DNA of 58,568 nt. It comes from Octopus bimaculoides. Its lineage: Eukaryota. Shown here piece by piece: positions 50,979 through 58,568 of the stretch. The notes under the pieces were generated by a model. The model was given only the letters and a program-made list of their open reading frames with translations. It searched no databases and was not told the DNA's origin. The stretch is from contig NC_068992.1 of the NCBI RefSeq assembly GCF_001194135.2, positions 32,871,993-32,930,560 on the forward strand. Reading direction: 5' to 3'. A program made the position numbers and the translations under genes. Each line of letters starts with the position of its first letter. The stretch's first letter is position 1.

Positions 50979-51644
50979 TCTTTAATCTCACCCTCAGAAC
51001 ATCACTCTCTACTAAAATTATTACGTTCCCCCTATCTCACGACATAGGCACTTCTCTATTTTTCTCTTTCTCTTTCTCCCTCCTTCTATCTCAAACTCTT
51101 TACCATATCTGTTTTGGTCTCTCCTTTTTCTTTCTCTGCTCTTTAGTTTCAACTGATCACGTGAAAGTGCTACAATTACATTCATTCTACCTCATGTCAT
51201 GGACGCTTTTCTCTCCCTCTTTTTCTCCCGCCCTCTTTTTCATTCTCCCTTTCTTTCTCCCACTTTTTCTCTAATCACGTGAAAGCGTTACCGACGGGCT
51301 AAGTAACGTGATGACAAGCAGAATTATTATTAGATAGATAGTTTGATAGATGACATATAGATAAATATATATAGACAAACTGACATGATACAGAACCNNN
51401 NNNNNNNNNNNNNNNNNNNNNNNNNNNNNNNNNNNNNNNNNNNNNNNNNNNNNNNNNNNNNNNNNNNNNNNNNNNNNNNNNNNNNNNNNNNNNNNNNNNN
51501 NNNNNNNNNNNNNNNNNNNNNNNNNNNNNNNNNNNNNNNNNNNNNNNNNNNNNNNNNNNNNNNNNNNNNNNNNNNNNNNNNNNNNNNNNNNNNNNNNNNN
51601 NNNNNNNATATATAAAGAAAGAGAGAGAGACCTACATATTTATG

Positions 51645-51676
<32 letters not shown>

Positions 51677-54600
51677 CATGTAGAGTTTAACAACATCTGT
51701 TATTAATCAGGGATGGTGAAGTCTTAAAGATTGAGAAAGGGTGAAATAGGTTGATGGCAATGGCAAGGGAGAAGTAGTGCTAAGTCGTTCAGACAGGGGG
51801 TAAAGCTAGGTGGAGGCGGGGAAGGAATTCGAAATGTGAGGGCAGGATGTGCAATGTTGGAACCCTAACCCTAAAACCCTAAAGCTAAAACCAGTACAAA
51901 CGCACGAACGATGTTATAAGTAACAGTACCGCCGATAGTTGTTGTTGACAAACAACGGCACTAATTTTATTCAAGGGAAAAGATCCCATAACACCGTTAG
52001 AATATGTTGTTTACATTCTACGGCACTAACTGTATTCAGCTGAATAGACGTCAGTGATTGGTTGAAATTACCGAAATACGACAACTTTTTACATGAAATA
52101 ACTTCGAATACAAAAATTTGTATCTGTTCTATAACACAAAATATACAAGTATACGAAATTTGAAAGTGTTTCGGTACCAAAAACACTACATAAAACATAA
52201 ATGAAAACTGTTGCCCGTCAAACCAAAAAGATCCAACATATATATTACTGACGTATCAGAAATATCACAAATTTGTTTTATGTTTTTCGTTCATTTCAAC
52301 TTTATGTGGCTCTTGTTACTGCATTTCAGCTCAAGCCCACATTAACAACGTTTGTTGACTGCTTTAAATGGAAGCGTGATTTTAATGTAAGTGAAAACTT
52401 GAACCTAATTCCTATGATAACTTGATACACATCAATAATCATATACGTGTGGGTGAGGGCGTGGTTAGTGGTTAGGAAGTTGCATACGCGTCGCAAGTCC
52501 GTGCTTTCAATTCCCAGATTAGTAGTGCTTTGTGTTAATTATTGAAACACTTCATTCCACGTTGCACCAGTCCACTCAGCTGTAAATGGCAACCATGATG
52601 GGCTGGCGTTCCGTTTAGAGAAAATGTTGAACGGTCCACCAAACAGCGAGGTGACATCATTTGAAGGCTATAACAATGTGAGGAAGCGCGTTGTGACCAG
52701 CTGTATACAACTGCATTTAGTCTGGTTAAGCTAAAGATTTTATGCAGCCTAGTGTTCTACAGAGCACATCCTAATTTTTCCATGAATAAAGGAAAAGCAC
52801 CAACACTGTTCAGTAAAATATTTTAAGTGGTTAAAAAGTGTAGTACTGCGGCGGTTGTGTAAGTTTCTGCGAGGGAGCTGATTTGGAAAACGAAGATTAT
52901 TGCTCGCTAAATAGATATTGTAAGTCTTCATAAAACATTCAACAACACTATTACTGTATACCAACGAAAATGTGACACAGTTTCTTTGCTAGAATTTTGG
53001 AGATTAATACTGTTGTTAAAGTACAGGGTTTATGAAGTTGTCGCTAGCTTCCTTCAGACAGCAGTAATTGAGTGATTTGAAAATCACGGAAAAGTTGTAT
53101 GTAGCTGGTATTTCTCGCAAATTATTTCTATTCAGAGGTTGTTGAAACTGCTAAGATGCTCAACTAATGTTTATTCATGAAATTATGTTTTAACACACGT
53201 AAGAGACAGTATTCTCACTATTTAAAGGCAAACATATGCTATATGTAGTATATCCTAATTCATTCGAAACTAGGTGTACTCCAAACAAATCTGTTGTAAA
53301 AAATTTTATGAGAATTACTGAGAATTTAGAACTATGAGAAATATCTAATTCTTAGACATAGGACAGATATGAAAACTTATGCTTATACTGTATGAAACAA
53401 CCAAAGCAAATTGAATCTCTTCATAGTAGGAGATGATACATGCACTATTGCTGCAAGGAGCTTATATGGCAGTCTTCAGCCGAGATATAGACAGGGATGA
53501 GTTCTAGATTTCTCTTAGCTTCACACACGAACACACACACACACACATCTATGTATCTAACTATCTCTATCTCTTGTAAGGATACATGGACTAGTGGTTA
53601 GGAGTTTGTAGTTATGATCACGAAATCGTAGGTTCGATTCCTGGATCGGATGATATGTGATGTTCTTGAGCAAAGCACATCACCCAGCATTACACTGCAA
53701 TGTTGATTTTTATGACAACAGAGAACTAATGTGCAGCACAAGTATTTGATCACGGTAAATAAATCATGTGTAATTTGTCCAATACACACACACACACANN
53801 NNNNNNNNNNNNNNNNNNNNNNNNNNNNNNNNNNNNNNNNNNNNNNNNNNNNNNNNNNNNNNNNNNNNNNNNNNNNNNNNNNNNNNNNNNNNNNNNNNNN
53901 NNNNNNNNNNNNNNNNNNNNNNNNNNNNNNNNNNNNNNNNNNNNNNNNNNNNNNNNNNNNNNNNNNNNNNNNNNNNNNNNNNNNNNNNNNNNNNNNNNNN
54001 NNNNNNNNNNNNNNNNNNNNNNNNNNNNNNNNNNNNNNNNNNNNNNNNNNNNNNNNNNNNNNNNNNNNNNNNNNNNNNNNNNNNNNNNNNNNNNNNNNNN
54101 NNNNNNNNNNNNNNNNNNNNNNNNNNNNNNNNNNNNNNNNNNNNNNNNNNNNNNNNNNNNNNNNNNNNNNNNNNNNNNNNNNNNNNNNNNNNNNNNNNNN
54201 NNNNNNNNNNNNNNNNNNNNNNNNNNNNNNNNNNNNNNNNNNNNNNNNNNNNNNNNNNNNNNNNNNNNNNNNNNNNNNNNNNNNNNNNNNNNNNNNNNNN
54301 NNNNNNNNNNNNNNNNNNNNNNNNNNNNNNNNNNNNNNNNNNNNNNNNNNNNNNNNNNNNNNNNNNNNNNNNNNNNNNNNNNNNNNNNNNNNNNNNNNNN
54401 NNNNNNNNNNNNNNNNNNNNNNNNNNNNNNNNNNNNNNNNNNNNNNNNNNNNNNNNNNNNNNNNNNNNNNNNNNNNNNNNNNNNNNNNNNNNNNNNNNNN
54501 NNNNNNNNNNNNNNNNNNNNNNNNNNNNNNNNNNNNNNNNNNNNNNNNNNNNNNNNNNNNNNNNNNNNNNNNNNNNNNNNNNNNNNNNNNNNNNNNNNNN

Positions 54601-57165
54601 NNNNNNNNNNNNNNNNNNNNNNNNNNNNNNNNNNNNNNNNNNNNNNNNNNNNNNNNNNNNNNNNNNNNNNNNNNNNNNNNNNNNNNNNNNNNNNNNNNNN
54701 NNNNNNNNCACCCTCAAAATTTAATGGCGCAATATTTGATTAATTTTATTGTATTCTAATATAGAAGTTATGATTCATTATATAACTGTGATAAAGAATT
54801 TCTTATCATTTAAGTCTCATTACTTAATATAATTTTTGGTTCAATATTCCATTAATACTGATATAATACCATTTCTTATCTTTTAAGACTTTTAATTTAA
54901 GACATCATAAATATAAAAATACAAATATTTATTTCTTTTTACCAAAAAAAAAAAATGACGACAAAAACAATTTCCGCAGATTTTGAAAAATGTAGGAAAG
55001 CTTACAGAGTCATTCGAATAGAAAATTGCTAACTACCATCTTCTGAAATGATTTATTATATCATCACTTTCTTACTTTTTTCTTTTATTTCACTGTATTC
55101 TTATCACAGTTGTCGTGTCTTTCTTACGTTCGTTAATTTTCTCTTTTCAATAATAATTGTAGTAAAACCATTCAATTAAGAAATACATGACACACAAATG
55201 TACACACACAGATAGATAGATAGATAGGTTCGAAACGTAAAAGACTTTCTCACTTCTCAAGCGTTAAACTAATACATCTGTTTGTTGTTTACACACCTGT
55301 CTTTGTCTTTTGTTGTTTTTTTCTTCTTCTTTTTTTGTAAATTCCAACTAAATAGATAGATAGATAGATAGATAGATATGTGCGTATATACCCATATATA
55401 TGTATATTTGCGTGTGTGTGTGTGTGCATGTATGTGTGTATTAGTGTAGTAGCCATACAAATAATATCATGATACATATCAATATTTCAAAATAATTTCC
55501 TGCAGGTTTTACTCCATTTTCTTGTGTTGCATATTGTCTTTTTTAAAGTTATTCCTGTTACCTTCACTCACTTTTTCCCTTTCTCACAATCTGAAATTAA
55601 CTAACCGCAGCATGTCAGCCCCCGTGCCTCTCAAGATTCCGACCATTGGCTTTTTCTAACACTTTCACGCTCACAATTTGCAGCTGATCTAATCCATTAA
55701 CTTCTTTACAACGTTTACTAACTTTCTTTTGACACTTATCACAAAACACTTAATCCTTTATGCCAAGAGAAATAATGCAGCCAACCAACAGAAATAATTA
55801 ACATGCGGCTGTATATGTACGTGTGTGTGTGTGTTTACATATATATATGTGTGTGTGTGTGTGNNNNNNNNNNNNNNNNNNNNNNNNNNNNNNNNNNNNN
55901 NNNNNNNNNNNNNNNNNNNNNNNNNNNNNNNNNNNNNNNNNNNNNNNNNNNNNNNNNNNNNNNNNNNNNNNNNNNNNNNNNNNNNNNNNNNNNNNNNNNN
56001 NNNNNNNNNNNNNNNNNNNNNNNNNNNNNNNNNNNNNNNNNNNNNNNNNNNNNNNNNNNNNNNATATATACATATACACACACACACACATATTTACACA
56101 CACACCAGCTAGTCGAAAAGAAGACACGTATTTTAAACAAGTATCGTTTCCATTCTTGTTTCATTTTTGTTTCTCTTATTTTTACTATACTTTGATAAAG
56201 GATTCACCTCAAACGTTTGTCTACATTTCATTTCGACGTACAATTCGATGTGCATCATTTGTCCGTTAATGTGTGTGTATGCGTGCATGCGCGCTCGTGT
56301 GTGTGTATGCTTACATTTTTGTGTATCACATTTTGAATTTTTGTCTGCCTGTTGTCTGTATGTGTGTGTGCGTGTGTGTAATGCACACATCAAGTTTTAC
56401 GAGTCAACACAGTATATGTAAGTGCAGGGCAAGTATGAAACTTCTGACTTTATACTACAAGCAAAATCCAATTCTACGATTTTGATCTTAAAGCAGAAGG
56501 AAGGATTGAAAGTGGCCAAGAGGCATTCGAGCTAAGTTCACCAACATCCCTAGACTATATCAAGTTTCGAGGTCTTCAGATGGAGTATCAAGTTGGTATT
56601 TGTTAATCGTTGAATTCAACCACTCATTTCAGAAAAGAAAACTAGCATTTTCACTTCAAATGTTTACCACCACGGTCTCAAATTCGTAACACATCTTCAG
56701 ATTGCACAGAGAAATACACATACATAAATGTTACACATATGCGCATACACACACAAAAGCAACTCGCGCGTTACACACACGCGCACACACATATAGAGTA
56801 AATGTACAATCGGATGTGCAAAACTTTTGAAACACCGCCATATACATAATGAATACAATAAAATAAGCATTGAGGTATTTCACAACAAGTGTCATATACC
56901 ACATACTCAACTTCTTATACATCAATACTTGAAAATATATACATGCGTTGCAAATACACTTGCACGTATATATATAGAAACCACAACACAAAAACACCAA
57001 TACGTACCCACCTTCTTATACATTAAGAAATATATGCACACGCGGGCAAAACAATGCTCAAACAGTACTTTCCTCTATAGAACAGCTTTCAAATTCACAC
57101 ACACACGTATTCGTACAGAAAACTTTAAATCCCAGCTCCCCGTCCGTTCTTCTATGAAATCTTAC

Positions 57166-57328
57166 TCGTCATTTCAAGTAATTTCGAAACGGCATTCCAC
57201 TTCATTTTCTTTGCAAGTTTTAATTGCCTTCTTTTCCTGGGAATTTTGTCCCAAATATTTAAGTCGTTTGTTTCTCTGAGCGTTAGCCTAATAACAATAA
57301 CTTCTCTCTTGGCTGTCTTTGCTTTCAT
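57166..57328 (-). CDS. Candidate first coding exon of an unidentified gene (MKAKTAKREVIVIRLTLRETNDLNIWDKIPRKRRQLKLAKKMKWNAVSKLLEMT, phase-1 donor)
   Basis: accATG at 57328, open for 54 codons plus 1 nt, then GTAAGA (57165). No homology recognised; could be 5' UTR or chance. Confidence 0.22.
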
Positions 57329-57759
57329 GGTACTTTTTTTTTATCATCACTTATATAAATAACTGTATAGATGTATATGTAAGAATGACCGTGCGAACCC
57401 AAAAGGAGAAATGGTGACGATTGGAAAAAACAGGGCTCCTTTATTTAAACGCGTCACACGGTCGAACACAAAATATATCAAGTGATATATATGTATGTTA
57501 TACTTCGATAACATAGTGAATTCGTAAATGCCAATAAGATACAAGATAGAAAACACAACCGATAAAGATGAATAACAGTAATATTTATTGTAGCATTAAA
57601 GTGCATGTCTGTGTGTGAGTGTGAATGCGACATAATGAAAACACAATAAAAGACAGGCCGTCGTGTATAGAGAAGAGTGTTGTACGATGGTGTCGATGTC
57701 GTCGCTGGAAACTGGTTGCTGCTGTGTTACGCGTGTGTGGTCAACGCCAGCCAGATCTA

Positions 57760-57945
57760 GGATCTGAGGCGCGACGATTTGGCGGGTATAATTTAGGCTA
57801 TTTATAGGAAAATAGGGGCTCCGGGAAAGCATTAGAAAAACACTATCACGTGGCCTTATTAAGGGCTGTGGTTGGTCGATTTGCGTTCTGGCGGGAATGG
57901 TACGAGGCGGTTGCCGCTTCAAATAATAATCAGTCACGTGATGGA
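57760..57945 (-). promoter_or_regulatory. Candidate Pol II promoter
   Basis: CpG-rich, repeat-free patch. TATAAATA on the minus strand at 57799-57806; CACGTG E-boxes at 57847 and 57935. Confidence 0.35.
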
Positions 57946-58094
57946 TACAGTAGGCTGCTCTCTGCTACGCCCGAACTTGATTATATTTATAACAGTGGGG
58001 AAGATGGTTTGTTTGTTTATAATGGAGATAGAAGTGCTCACTACATATTTATATAAATAAATACGTATATACATATATATATGTATATATTTGA

Positions 58095-58568
58095 AAATTT
58101 AAGGAATGGAGAAAACGCATGTTATAATTGCATACTTTATTCCAACATATGTTTCAAAGGATTACAACCTGTGTGATCCATAGGGATCTTTGATATTAAA
58201 ATTGTAACCTTCTCAAGACATTATAACCGATTATGAAAACAATAGATGGATAAGGTTATGACTTGATTCATTTGAAAAAAACCGTTAGAGAATTGGACGC
58301 TGCCGGATAGTGGGTTGGACAACACATACATATAAATGTGTGAGAACGTACATGCATACATAAATACATATACACAAATACACACATACATACATGCATA
58401 TAGATACACACATATATATATATATATTATAACAAACAAGGTACTCAGAGATCTGGATGTTTGTACATATACAAATATTTAACATCTCAAATGTGTTTAC
58501 AAATCACATATAAGCGCTTTCATCTACTTTAATAGATTCTTCAGATTTAAATTTTGTGAAGGGATTTT
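58095..58568 (-). mobile_element. 3' end of a Penelope-like element extending beyond the window, same pLTR family as 21500-21777
   Basis: About 95% identical to the 21.6-kb copy over the first 120 bp. Minus-strand PFTKFKSEESIKVDESAYM*FVNTFEMLN at 58470-58568 resembles the GIY-YIG C-terminus (PF....E..FI..F...LN). Confidence 0.65.

Noticed and set aside
933-56269. Many long ORFs with poly-X or CV/HT/YI/I repeats
   Set aside because: They are translations of N-gaps and microsatellites, not proteins.
56555-56585. Minus-strand CTGAAGACCTCGAAAC
   Set aside because: No stem II and no stem I pairing.

Overview
Eukaryotic, AT-rich, microsatellite-saturated DNA with 11 N-gaps (about 5.8 kb in total). 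The repeat families look like those of octopus (inference from SINE and LINE types, not verified). No host gene is securely identifiable. The only candidate is a TATA/E-box promoter with a short first exon on the minus strand near 57.2-57.9 kb, so most of the window may be intron or intergenic DNA. The rest is a stack of mostly decayed mobile elements: several tRNA-derived SINE families, R4/Dong, CR1, RTE and an ORF1-only L1/Tx1-like LINE, an internally deleted Mag-type Ty3/Gypsy element, three mariner remnants, a pogo/Tigger remnant and Penelope-like elements (PLEs). Most ORF-track entries are microsatellite or N-gap artefacts. The most notable signal is four unrelated type I hammerhead-ribozyme (HHR) families, each with a different self-complementary stem III. 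Three of them sit in short non-coding insertions built as a direct copy plus an inverted copy of the element's 3' end. One is a 270-bp foldback with a fully intact HHR (32061-32330). Another is a tRNA-headed, HHR-tailed element flanked by a 14-bp target duplication (178-597), a candidate SINE mobilised by Penelope machinery.
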